A stretch of 63,768 bases of DNA, filler included, from Octopus bimaculoides (Eukaryota), in the NCBI RefSeq assembly GCF_001194135.2. It is 4 parts of 4 records of this genome, joined end to end, with 100 filler letters (N's around TTAATTAATTAA, not from the genome) between each part and the next. Parts side by side here need not be neighbours in the genome. Positions count along the whole stretch, not along the records: positions 28,107 to 53,603 come from NC_068983.1; 3 more parts are not named here. One strand, written 5' to 3'. Below are positions 35,821-48,699 of this stretch, in pieces. The position numbers were made by a program, and so were the translations under genes. Every line of letters begins with the position of its first letter. Position 1 is the first letter of the stretch. A model generated the notes under the pieces. That model was not told where the DNA came from and ran no database searches. It worked only from the letters and a program-made list of their open reading frames with translations.

Positions 35821-36884
35821 TATAGAGCAGACTTTATTGAATCAAGTAGACTTACTACATTCAATGAATGTGAATTATCATTTAATAGACATTTGAGTTA
35901 TTCTCAAGCTTATTGAAGTTCTGTGTTCGTACAGCATACACTATATTTATACGTCAGTATACTGTTCTCTGAGTATGTATCTTCAAGTAGCTCATGTATG
36001 TAACTTCTATATTTAGAGGTTATGCATGAGCATTATACATGTGTGTATGGGTGATTGCATGTGTGTGAGTGTGAATGTATGTATAGGCATGTATATGTAT
36101 TGGCTCTCAGCTTCCAATACTTTTCATAACTAGATTTATACTGTCGGTTCTGTTAGATGTCTATGTATTCAGTCAGCAATTGGTAGTATCAACATCAGAG
36201 AAGGACGGGAACGAAATGAAGCAAATTATTTTCTCCTAACGTATAATTATTATGCGGATGTACCACCTGATACATGCACCCCACGACAGACACATGCACA
36301 CAAAACATACATATATATAAATATATATATATAAATACATACATGCATATATACATATACATGCAGTGCCTATACATACATACATACATACATATATATA
36401 TATATATATCATAAATTATTTTTGAATAAATAAAACAGAAATATATAACGTGTGTGAGTATGTGTGAGACTGCCTATATATATATATACGCTTATGCATG
36501 CATCGTGTATGTATATATATACATATATATATATAAGTATCTATACATACATATATGTATGTATGTATTTATGTATGTATGAATGTATGTATGCATGTAT
36601 GTATGTATGTATGTATGCACCAGACTTATTTATATCCCTACATACATTCTTAGGCAGTTTTGCTATTCTCAGATGTATTTTTCCCCCTCTACCTGCGATT
36701 TTATCTGAATAGATCTGTTGTAATATTTTTCATCGAGTGAAATGAATATTTTGAAAATTTTAAAAAAGAAATTTGCACCAATTGCTATTGAATTAGATTA
36801 CAAATAAGTTTTAAGAGAAAAAGATATGCATACATACTTTTATACAGTCATATATACATATATGTGTATGAGTGTGCAGGTGCA

Positions 36885-36947
<63 letters not shown>

Positions 36948-38635
36948 GTGAGTGTGTGTGAAATACATATATATCGTGTTTATATTTCGCTGACAAGATT
37001 CTTATTTCTTCTTGTCTACATGTGAAATTGTGTATTGGAAGAGACCTTTGCAGCATCTAGGGATGATCATTATTGCAATAATAAATACATGCGCTGGTTC
37101 TATTTTATCTTTCTAATTATTATTATTTAACGAGTTAAGCATTCAATCAATTAACTAGCTGATTGTTTTCTGAATCATTATGCTAGGCCCATTAAAGTCC
37201 ATTCATGACCATTCACGACCACAGCACTCTTTCTATTTCTTGTTTCTAAGTCCCATAGTTTATAAATTATTTTATCACTCACATGCCCCGAAATCTGAAA
37301 TGTAGAATCTGTAAATAAAGAGAAAGAATGACCTGGATAAGAGAATGCAGGCCATTTTGAGGTCATGAATTGTGAGGAATAGAATCTGAGGCACCTATTA
37401 GATTGATTGATTAACCATACGATTGATAAAACAATCGATTTCATAATATGTTAGTACATTAAATTGTTATTTACGCACACACTCGCACACAAATAAATAT
37501 ATAGATAGATATGCATATCTGCATGTTTGTATGTGTATACGTATGACGACACGCTCTCACTTGTACCAGCCGATTACAATTATTTGTAATATATTTGCTT
37601 CTAAGAATTTTTGCATTATATTGAAGTCTGTTTCAGACCAATGAATTTACTCTTGTTTTTGGATAATTTTTTTGTTATGTTTTTGTTGTTTCATTGCCTG
37701 CTAACGCTTTTCTTTTTCTTTTTTTCCAAATGACCATCAATAAAGGATAAGGTAAATATTTCTTTCTGCATCTTACGCATGTCTTACAGCAATTTTATGA
37801 CCAAAGCCTGAAGATAATTTTTCTTATCCAATTCCTACAATAATATTCAAATAGTTAAATACAAACTTTCATATCAGTATTTTATGTTAAATAACGTACA
37901 ATTTATCTGTCAAAAGAAGGAAGGTATTGCATTAATAAAAGAGAATATGAACGGTAGCAGTTCAATAACAGCATCTACCTGAAATTGAACTTCAAACCGC
38001 TAATGATAATATATATTTTGGAAAGGAGAATTCAACAATTATATGTTTCTCAATCAACTTATTTTACTTTCTATCTTTTGACCATTTACTTCAGATATCA
38101 GATCGTAAAACGTATCAGTCATCTTTCTCATGAAATATATTCTATATGTTTCTGTGTCTTTCCGCAAGAGATGATGAAAATGAACTAGACATTTACGTTA
38201 CAAATACTTTTTTAGTCATCTGATGCATCATTCCCATCTTACATCTGTTTTTTATTGACAACTGTTATCGTTCATTCTTTTGTTTACATTTTACTTTCCT
38301 TTAGTACAATTTACTTCGTTTCTCCGAGTGTCTACATCGCATTCTGTCTTTCTCCCCTGTTTCTCTCTTAATCTGTCTATCACTTACATACTTTCTCTTG
38401 GTAGTATTATGTAATATATATTTATCATTTTAACTTTTCACTGGTTTTAGTAATGTCACTACACCTATGTTGGAGAAACACTTGCATGGTTTCTGTAATC
38501 ATATCAGCACTTATTTCACTCTGAAATATACACACTGCGACGCAACACCCACATACGCATACAGGAAAATATATACATATGTGAATACAAACACCTATCT
38601 ATTTATTTAACATTGTACATATATATGAATGTATA

Positions 38636-38694
<59 letters not shown>

Positions 38695-39674
38695 TGGTGT
38701 GTCGTTAAGTTACGATCAACAAAAAAGTATTCCAGCCAGTGAGAGATAAATACAATTTAATGTACTCACACCGTATAAAGATACAAGTTATTGACATACT
38801 TTTACCTTGGAGACACAATGCGTGTTATAAAAGGTTGCTTTAATTCCTGTCTGGAAAGCAAGAAATTATTAGTATCTAGTATCCTTATATTGTGTAAATT
38901 AAATGCCATATACACACATGTATATATATGTATGCATATATGTATGAATATCTATATATATATATCTGTGTGCGTGTATGTGTATGCTTGTGTGTGTGTG
39001 TGTGTGTGTGTGTGTGTCTGTGTATTTGTGCTTGTATGTTGTTAGTGTCTGTGTTTGTATTTGTATATGTGTGTGTTGTGTGTTGTATGTGTGCGTGTGT
39101 GTTTCTAAATGAATTCCACATAGTTTCAGGCTATGGAATTTTATTCCATGGTTATTGGCGAAGCCGAAACCATAGAAATAGCCATTTCCTCGATACACTG
39201 CACAGTGTAATCGAACCTGTATTTTACGTTTTGTCAAATCAGCATATTACTCATGCAACCAGTCTAGTACGAATTAATAGTTGGAACTCCATTTGTAATT
39301 ATGCTTTTTTGCTGGTTGTGTGCTAGTGACGGGTTTTTTTTTTTGCGAATCCAAGGAAAAGTTCACTAATGTCAGTTTACACATCAGACGCTTTAAAACA
39401 ATACATAGGTGATCCATGAACGAGAAGCTCCACAGACCCGGCTATGAGTGAATAATCTGGTAAGAGAGTATTGTAGTTCGCTTGAAGCATTGTGTATTGT
39501 TGTTTGTAAAGAATAAAAAGTTTAGAATGCACTATAGAAGAAAAGACACCAGCAAATAAGATCTGAGGAAGGAATTGATAACCAAGTTACAACAGGTATA
39601 TAGTCCATGTTTGTTCTATAGTGCATTGTTATACCATTCTAAACGTTTTGTTATATATATATATATATATATAT

Positions 39675-39728
<54 letters not shown>

Positions 39729-39731
39729 ATT

Positions 39732-39762
<31 letters not shown>

Positions 39763-40906
39763 TCGAGGGGTGTGTAAAACACATAAATGCTTCCTATATG
39801 ATGTCGGCCCTAATTCTGTAATGGATTAAGAGGGCTCGCTATCAATTTGATCACAGTAAAACAGTAATTATTATTTTATTGTCAATGAAGTAATAAATCG
39901 AAAAGACAGTTTGCGGATTTCAAATGCTGAGTGTTGCGTGACAAGTGAAAATGATTTAAGCAATATCGCCCGGCGGTGATTCATCGCTTCTGTCAAGTCA
40001 TAGAAATGTTTATGTACAAAATATAAGAAAACAAACTTGGTGAGAATATGTCTCTTCTCCTCAACTAAAGTGATATGGATCTGTTATTTAGGCTCCAAAT
40101 ATCTGTATATATTTCTCGAGTTCGTTCAAGTTCCTCTTCTTATTTATGTGCATATATAATAAAACGAATTTATCTAGAATAAAATACTTTAAACAGTTTT
40201 CCCAGCAGTTACCAAATATTCTTATTGATGTTTGTTCTTCTTAATACTGTTTTGAATGGAACATTAAATTTTGAACTGCATTTCCATTGTCTATATATTT
40301 TTTCCTTAATACTAAATCAGTACATTTACTAGAATCTCGGACAGGATAACTTGTAGTAGTCGTTCCGGAGCTTTATGCTTTGAGTTCAAATCCAATTGAA
40401 ATAACGTTGAAATTTGCAGTTAACGCTATAAGTTCAATAAAATGCGGCCGGATTACCTGTCTAGCCGCTCCAACAAATGTCTGACGTTGTGGCTGTTAAG
40501 GGTTATTATTCTTATTTTACCCCGAATAATTTAGGATGGCATTATATTACAAGAGGCCAAGTGTCTGATAGTATGAACAATTTAACGTGATTATGTATAA
40601 CAGTTTGCATAGCATGTAGACAGAACACGTTTAGCACATATATATATATATAATTTACTCTATGATGGGATTATAGTCACGAGGCACACTCTCATTATCA
40701 TATTTGCTTCTAACTGATTCTCGATGCATGATATTTGTGGGATTGGTTTGACACTTTCCTGTGTTTCAAATGCGTAAAGCGCAATCAAGCTTTGATTTTA
40801 GTATTTCTGTTATTCATAGCATAGTGTGGCTTGCCGTAGACAAGAAAGGCAAAACACTCTATGGTGAAATGAAGGTGTGTGTCAATATGGGTGCTAAGCT
40901 TTATGA

Positions 40907-41404
40907 ATATCTGCGGAAACAGCCACCTATCTTTGCTCGAAATTAAGATGTGGCCGTTACACTCAATCTATCTATCTCAACCTAAAATCAAAGCTATACG
41001 AAACGGTCACTCAAGAAAAAGTAGAAAAATGTTTAAGGCCCATACGGGCCTTCAAAGACTACATCACGAGCGGAAACAGATTTGCCACGAGTGAAGTTAG
41101 ATTCGACAGTGAAGAAAGAGCCAATGACCTCTCCACAAAGTCCTTTGAATGTGAAAACTTAGTGATGATCCCTACATATCTTGGTCCTAGGGTCACAAAA
41201 ATAACAATAAAAGATGTGCCGCCTGAGATAGAAATAAAATGGCTTTTGTCTGCCATTTGTTACGACATCGAAAATGAAATCCATATCTTGAAAATCGCTG
41301 TCCTAGACCAGCAAAATTGGATTGGTCAAGGAGTTGAAATCCTTGCTCAAATTGATCCGATGAATTTCGAAACAATTCCACATCAAATCAAACTGCTGAG
41401 CTAA
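40907..41404 (+). pseudogene. Stop-free 166-codon frame, probably a non-LTR retrotransposon ORF1-like fragment
   Basis: IYLNLKSKLYETVTQEKVEKCLRPIRAFKDYITSGNRFATSEVRFDSEERAN...PTYLGPRVTKITIKDVPPEIEIKWLLSAI...; RRM-like pattern; no upstream ATG and no adjoining ORF2. Confidence 0.4.
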
Positions 41405-41550
41405 TACAGAACAATATAACCAGTAAAATTCATATTAATTTTTATCATGTTACGAGCATCATTCTGTGTTTGCGGTTTTATAGGTACTTGACAGCGGTTC
41501 GGTTCACCTAGCTGCAAGTAGGCAATGCAGAATCAACATTAACAATATTC

Positions 41551-41747
41551 TTTTCTACTCTGAGCACAATGCCCGTAATTTTTGAATGCCAGTCGATTAG
41601 TACGCAATTGGTACTTAATTTAACGACCCCGAAAGGATGAAAGGCAAAGTCAACCTAGGCGTAATTTGAACACAGAACGTAAAGAAAAACAAAATACTAC
41701 TATGCATTTCGCCCTGCGTGCTAGCGTTTCTACCAGCACGCCGCCTT
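41551..41747 (-). mobile_element. SINE family A
   Basis: Reverse complement AAGGCGGCGTGCTGGTAGAAACGCTAGCACG...GGTTGACTTTGCCTTTCATCCTTTCGGGGTCGTTAAATTAAGTACC. Confidence 0.85.
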
Positions 41748-43399
41748 TCAGCATTGACGTTATTGACAATTGCTTTCTTGACTTTTAACTAGTCTATTGC
41801 GTTTGACCAACATATATTAACTAAAATCCTGGCCGCCATTTCTATTCCCAAGTATACTCTGCTTGCGATCTGCACACATGCGTATGAATGGTTTTATTTC
41901 TGCATAATCATAAACATCAATATATGGAACAATAGTCAGTAGAGATATGTGTTTAAATGGATTATATGTGCTTGGACTAACACGAATTGTTTTAGTTCAT
42001 TGATATTCTATAACTTATGCTGCACTAAGCCATTTCGTTAGAAAATACTTTTGTGTCTCTTATTTAATTTTTAATGATTTGGATTTATTGTTTCGTTTAT
42101 TTATTTATTTTGGCTTTTATGCAAGTTAATCGATATTACTGCAAATATTTTCAATGTTATCCTCATCAATCGAAAGAATAATGTAATTGTTCAACTGTGG
42201 AACATATCGACTTGTTGGTTTTGATTTTGTATTTTACACTGATCTTAAACATTAGAACGTTGAGTGCCTAAACCTATGAAATTGTATGATTTTCAACAGT
42301 TTCTATATAGTTAAAATACTTCTTCCTGGTGTCTTTTATTATTTGTTGTCAATAGTTTTATTTTATCAGTTATGGTCGTCAACATTGTCAATAGTTTTAT
42401 TTTATTAGTTATTGTTGTCAACGTTGTCAATATTGTCAGTTTTGTTGCTTTTTTTGCGTAATGTAGATTTTGCCTTAAAGTTGATAAAGTATTACATGTT
42501 AAACTTCAACTCAACCCGATCGATCAGAACTATGATAACATATGTTCTATTCGCAACCATCTAGCTTTACCAATGTGCATGGGACCCAAAAGTAAATTGT
42601 CCCATGAGTCTTCCTATAATACGGTAGAGTGAGGTTTAAAAGATATATGGCAAGCACATCGTACAACCTACATAAATGATCCCTCCTTGTTGATGGAGTA
42701 AATCGACTGCTATCGTCTCCAAATTGTCTAGCGCTCCCAGTATAAGAAATCGTTCTTTCTATTTACCAATCGTAAGAATTTCTAACATTAACTTTAGTTA
42801 TACTTTTCTGTTCTTTGTGTTCAAATCCTTCGTGATCCGATTAATTTTATATGCATTCTCAGCGGAGTCAACGGAATAAATATCGGCATTATATGAACAA
42901 TACTAGTTAGTGTCAGCTGCTATACGGATTTTGTAGTAGTGGGTTCATGTAATTGGAGAAATCTTCATACTAAACAAAAATTTCAATGCTGAATAAGTGA
43001 TTGCGTGCTGAGATTACTGGACTAATATTATTAGGCTGAAAGCTGCAACAGGGTAATGCAATTTGGTACATTTAGCAAATGTCAGTTGGAATTTATTCAT
43101 AGAGAAGGTTCGATTGTGAGCAGGATGTCCTATATAATATGCAAATATATCTATTAAAATGTGTTGTTCTTATTGTTATAAAAAGATGTAGAATTGAGTG
43201 TACTTCATCCGCCATCACATCCTCTTTTTGTATATCAAGGATTATACTATCAGTCATGCCCTTCCGTTGTTTAATATGTCAAACTGTATTTGAGTGTGCA
43301 TTTTCTATGCTTTCTTGGGGTGTCACGGTATCTTCAAACAAGTGTTCATACCTAAATGCATACGACAGAGGGACTCGACAAAAGGCATCTTAAGTGTTT

Positions 43400-43665
43400 A
43401 AAACCGGGGGAGAATTAAAGTCTACCACCCATTTAGGCCACAGTGGGATTTGAGCTTAGAACACAAAGAAGCGGAACAAATACTCAAAGGTATCTGATCA
43501 AGCGTTCTTACAGTTCCATTAATCCACAGTCCTGAATGACCATTTCTTTAACGATGCCAAAATAATGAAATAGAAAGCTGACCTCGGCTGAATATCAACT
43601 CCGAGCGGGAAGGCTCAAAACAAATACTGAGTGGCTTTCTATCCGATACTCTGCCAGTTTATTGC
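43400..43665 (-). mobile_element. Two decayed SINE family A fragments
   Basis: GGGATTTGAGCTTAGAAC...AAATAC and AAAGCTGACCTCGGCTGAA...CTCTGCCAGTTT resemble the reverse complement of family A. Confidence 0.45.
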
Positions 43666-44230
43666 ACTACATAGGAATTTCCTTATGTTGTTTCTCAAGA
43701 TGTTAAGTAATTTTGGTATAACTACATGACAGGAAATTAAGTCGAATGCCTTGTTGATATCGATAGAAATTTGATAGAGCGCCGAAAAAATTTTGTTGCT
43801 GAAGCCATTGTTTAACATCTATGTACGGTGGTTATCGAGTTTTATGACCCAAATCCGCGCCGTGATTTGGACTGGCACATCTTTTAGGTAGTGATATAAT
43901 GAAGTAATTTTACTAAAACTTATGTGAGTGAGGTAGTATAAAGGGTTAATGTGATACTATTCAACTTGGTTTTGCTGGACCTTAAGAATTTTAATGATTT
44001 TAATCCGGTTTCCCAACATTTGAAAGCATTTCAAATGCTGAGAATTTACCACTGGTAATATGAGCAGTTATATATACTCCTGAGTGGAGTTGATGGAATC
44101 TTGGTTACAAGTGAAATGTGCTGATATCTGTGTCCAACATTCCTGTATTTTTACGTGATATTAGTTGCTGATTTTCCAGAAATGTGTTATACAGACATTT
44201 GCCTAGTGTTGCTCAACGTTGTTCCCGTGT

Positions 44231-44289
44231 CATAGATTTTGATGTACTAGCGCTTGTTGATGGTAAGCGCTAGTACATCAAAATATATG
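44231..44289. repeat. Isolated near-perfect hairpin
   Basis: ATTTTGATGTACTAGCGCTT (44236-44255) is exactly inverted at 44265-44284; 9-nt loop; extends 4 bp after one mismatch. Confidence 0.9.
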
Positions 44290-45169
44290 GAAACTGTAGA
44301 GAATCAAAAGCACGCTACACCTGCAGGCAGAGAAAAACAGAAATTTGACACAAACACACGCACATGCATGTACACACTCATACACTCACACACACACGCA
44401 CACACATATCCAACGTAAATCGCAGACGAAATGTGCTGTAATGTTCGTTTTGTTGTGCGGTTTACGCTGGATATATGCGAAGGGGTTTGCTTTCCTCTGC
44501 TGCAGGCATAGCGTGCTTGCGATTCTTTATAGTATCCATCAGTTTTGCTATGTTCTGTAATTTAGGTTATATTTATTATGTTGCTGGCATGTTTTATCAT
44601 TATGATGCATTTATTGTTTTATTATTGAATTTAAGCTGAAAAATTATGTTGGTGAATGGCGTATTATTGAATTCTGAACATCTTGAATCTATTTCCTGTC
44701 AGAACCGGTTCTTGCGGGCGCATTGGAAATTTGTAAAAGCATTTTACTCTCTTCAGTATCGTGTGAGCCTGCTGCCATCGGAATGTGTAAGCAGTCAGAA
44801 TAAAGTTGAGAATTATTTTCTTCGAGGCTATGGTAACTAATTGTGTTGAGCAACAGTTGGTTTTGTGGCTGAAGTTAAGTTGGTTTAGCATACATATGTC
44901 TTGGCGATATATATGTGATATTGTTGTGTAACCCTCCAATATTATGTGACAATATTTGATGATTTATTTTCCAGTTGTTTCAATCATTAGATTGTAAACA
45001 AACTGGGAACCGCATTGAACAATTTTTAATCGACTGAATCGATACCAGCATTTTTTCTAAAGCCTGATACTTATTATATCGGTCAGTCTTGCCGAACCAC
45101 CAAGTTATGGGGACATAAACAAACTAGCACTGGTTATCAAGCTATAGGAGGACAAACACAGGCACGATG

Positions 45170-45217
<48 letters not shown>

Positions 45218-45315
45218 GCATAGATACATATACACACACAGGCATATAATAGAATAGTCACATATTCACACCAGTACACCAATACACNNNNNNNNNNATA
45301 TATATGTGCGACAAA

Positions 45316-45455
45316 CATCTTTCAGTTTCCATCTAACAAGTCCATTCACAAAGCTTTAAAAAGGCTGATGACACTTGCCCAAAGTGCCGAGCAGTGGGAC
45401 TGAACCTGGAGCCATGTGGGTCGGAAACAAACTTCTTGCCACACAGCCACTCCCT
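45316..45455 (-). mobile_element. tRNA-derived SINE family D (CORE-like body), head
   Basis: Reverse complement GGAGTGGCTGTGTGGCAAG (A box)...GGTTCAGTCCC (B box)...ACTTTGGGCAAGTGTC; a tail fragment lies at about 45075-45170. Confidence 0.8.
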
Positions 45456-48400
45456 TAACGTTAGTGCTTGAGATTGCATGGATATGGGTTTAATGGGCGT
45501 CACATAGAGAGACGATTGGTAAACTCGGTGAGTGCGCGTGAACACGCTCATAGGAATGCCTGTATGTATACATGCTTGTGTGCATTTTAGTATATTAAAA
45601 GATTTTGCTTCCACTTTTTATATTGAATATTTACTGGTACATTTTTTTTTTAACTGCATTGTAGTACATATCACTTGATTCTATGTTATGAAGCTTACTC
45701 TCTGGTGATATACTGCCTACACCCTTATCGTATCCTACTTACTTATCTGTGGTGTCAGGTGTCACAGATGTCAAAGTGTTTCCTGAACTATCCCAGTATG
45801 GAAGCTATGTGTGATAATAGCATTCTTTAGTTTATCAAAAGCTTTTTCACGGCATCTGTTTAAACACTAGTATTTGTAGTATTTTAAAATGTGCTGTTTA
45901 GAATTTTTCTTTCGTTTTTTTTAGAATATTGTAGATATATTCTATGCGGTGTTGTCACATTCGGAGAAGATGGTTATAACTGCATTTGGCCTTTTATCAT
46001 CATTTTTTTACTTTTCTGTTTTTCGTTATTTTATCATTGCAATAGTTACTGTACTGCCATTTGTTTATTTGCCACTTCTGTAAATGATGTTAGATTTGTG
46101 GGCTATTTTCGGAAACATCTTTTGTTCTTTCAGGATTCCGTTTTGGCATGTATTTGTTTTTATCGCATCTGTATGGCATCCTTACAAGCTTTACGTCACA
46201 TACGTTTATGCCTTACAGCTTTAAATGAAACTCTTACTATCGGTATCCGTATTGTTGACTGATCTATCATATTCAGAACTACTTTACCCACAGCATTAAT
46301 TACTTTCGAAAACAATATGATAAAATTTACCGGAAATTTGGCTGCAAACTTTAACAGCTTCAACAAACAGAAAGAGGTTCTTTCATTCGAGATCTATCTC
46401 TATAGCACAAGGTTTGAATACTTTTAATAATAACCTACTGGAGTTACCTCTTGCTGGTAGATTTTAGAGTTCCAACACCCCTAAAATGAGTGTTTTCTTC
46501 CTATAACATGGATCATTTTATTCAATGCAAGTTTTCAGTACAATATAATTACATATGTGAGAGCTTGCAGTGTATGTTGAATCAGTTGCCATTTGGCAGT
46601 TATATTATCATATCACCAGTAAATGTGCAAAACAGTGTTTTCCATAGATTTATCCATATAATGATGTTTTTTATTATTTGAGGTTATCATTGGAGTATTC
46701 GAAGGAATATGTCTGCTTATAAACCCTATTTTATCATATATCAAAATTCAGCTAATTTTATCTACTCAGTTAAAACTAAGACAACACTACATAGTTAAAT
46801 GTTTTTTACTAAAATCGCACAATAAGTTTCTCGTTTTTCCCATATCTTTTTCGCGGCTTCCTTTACGCTGTCTTTACTTCAAACACGCCTTTATATATTG
46901 TTTTAAATTTTACTTCCGATCTTTTTTATGTTTAATATTCTATTACCCTTCACTCCACAGAAAGTTTTCTTAATAATTTATTTTCTGCCGTCATTTCCAT
47001 CATTTACTTTTATCCTGCATCTCGCAAATATTGTGTATTTTTCTCCCTTATTTCCTCTCTCTCTCTCTCTTAAGTAGTCTACACACCACTGCGTATATAC
47101 TCGAGAATTTTTATTGATTATGAATATTTCACTATAGGGAGCACTAATTCTTTCTAGAAGACCAAGGTATTTTGACATGTATTTATCAATAAAATAAATG
47201 TCAATAATTCTTCCTCGTAGTTTATGTTACCAACTTTCCAGATAAACTACATTATGGATAGTCTGTGTTATTTTTACTTCTCACATAAGATTAATACTGC
47301 ACAAAGTGACATTAATCTTGAAAATTAGATTTACCTCACGCATAATTTTGGGCCCTCATGTCTGTATGAGAAATCGTTACATTTTTACTGCAGACATATA
47401 TGACGAGAGCTATGTCATATGTGATATATACATATATCACGTATATTAATCAATCAGCTAACAGGAATGTGTTTAGCTTATAGCAAAGCATTTAACAATG
47501 AAATAAACGTGTCAACATGGCTATGCTTGAGCACCACAAGATAAGTAAAGCTGAGTTATAATCAGCTTCATAGTTTAGAACTTACAAATGATAGAGTATG
47601 GTGAAATACCGATTTGATAACTTCGCATCACTTTAACTTGTAGAACTTATAAGAAATGTCAGTTTTATTTATGCCGGGCACATGGCATAAGTGCAAACTC
47701 ACCAATGTTACTTCCTATCATTTACATAGACTGCATTCAAATACATTGCACAAATGCAGATAAATATATATTAAATATTATACGTTGTTATATCGGTTAA
47801 CCGATGAGTGTGTGATAATTTATATCACATTTGCTTATAGTTTTATGTTAATATAACTGGCACATTCTAATCTTCAATGAATAGGAATTGAAATATTCTA
47901 TAAGTCTTCAAATGCTATTACATCATACCCGAAAGTTTCTCTTTTGACAGACTGCGTGAAATATGACTCGGTCAAGCTTTGACCATTCATTCTCTAAGTT
48001 AGTAACTACAGAAGCAAACTGTTGCTGTATATCAACATACTGAAGTGATGGAACTGAACCATAAATCAATTCCGCGTTACAGCTTCAAAATTCCGGTAGA
48101 ATATTCCCAGTGCAAGTTATTGATGTCCATATGCAATATTCACACTCATTTACTGTCAAAATAATCCAAGTCGTATTGATTTAATGCAATTTAATGACGA
48201 TTGATGGAAAAATTTATTAAAGATTCGAGTTATACGTAAGAATGTAGGTTAACTCAGCCGCATAATGTTATATTTATGTACGCTTACACCTACACACAAC
48301 ATACGCTTAGAAGCATATACAAACACGTATACGCACTAGTGCGTTTGTCAATATGTGTGTGTGTGTAGGTAACAGGTTTTCCTTCAAATGTGGGATATTG

Positions 48401-48492
48401 GAGACAGAATGAGAAATAGATAAATACAGGACTTTAATATGTGAATATGCACGTATGTATCTATGTAAACCCCTCTCTACATTTGTCTCCTC

Positions 48493-48534
<42 letters not shown>

Positions 48535-48657
48535 GCGTTCGTGCGTGTGTGTGTGTGTGTGTGTGTAAGGTATGCACACACAGACACATTTATACATACA
48601 TATGCGTGCATACATATATACATATATAGATACATACATTCATACATNNNNNNNNNN

Positions 48658-48699
<42 letters not shown>

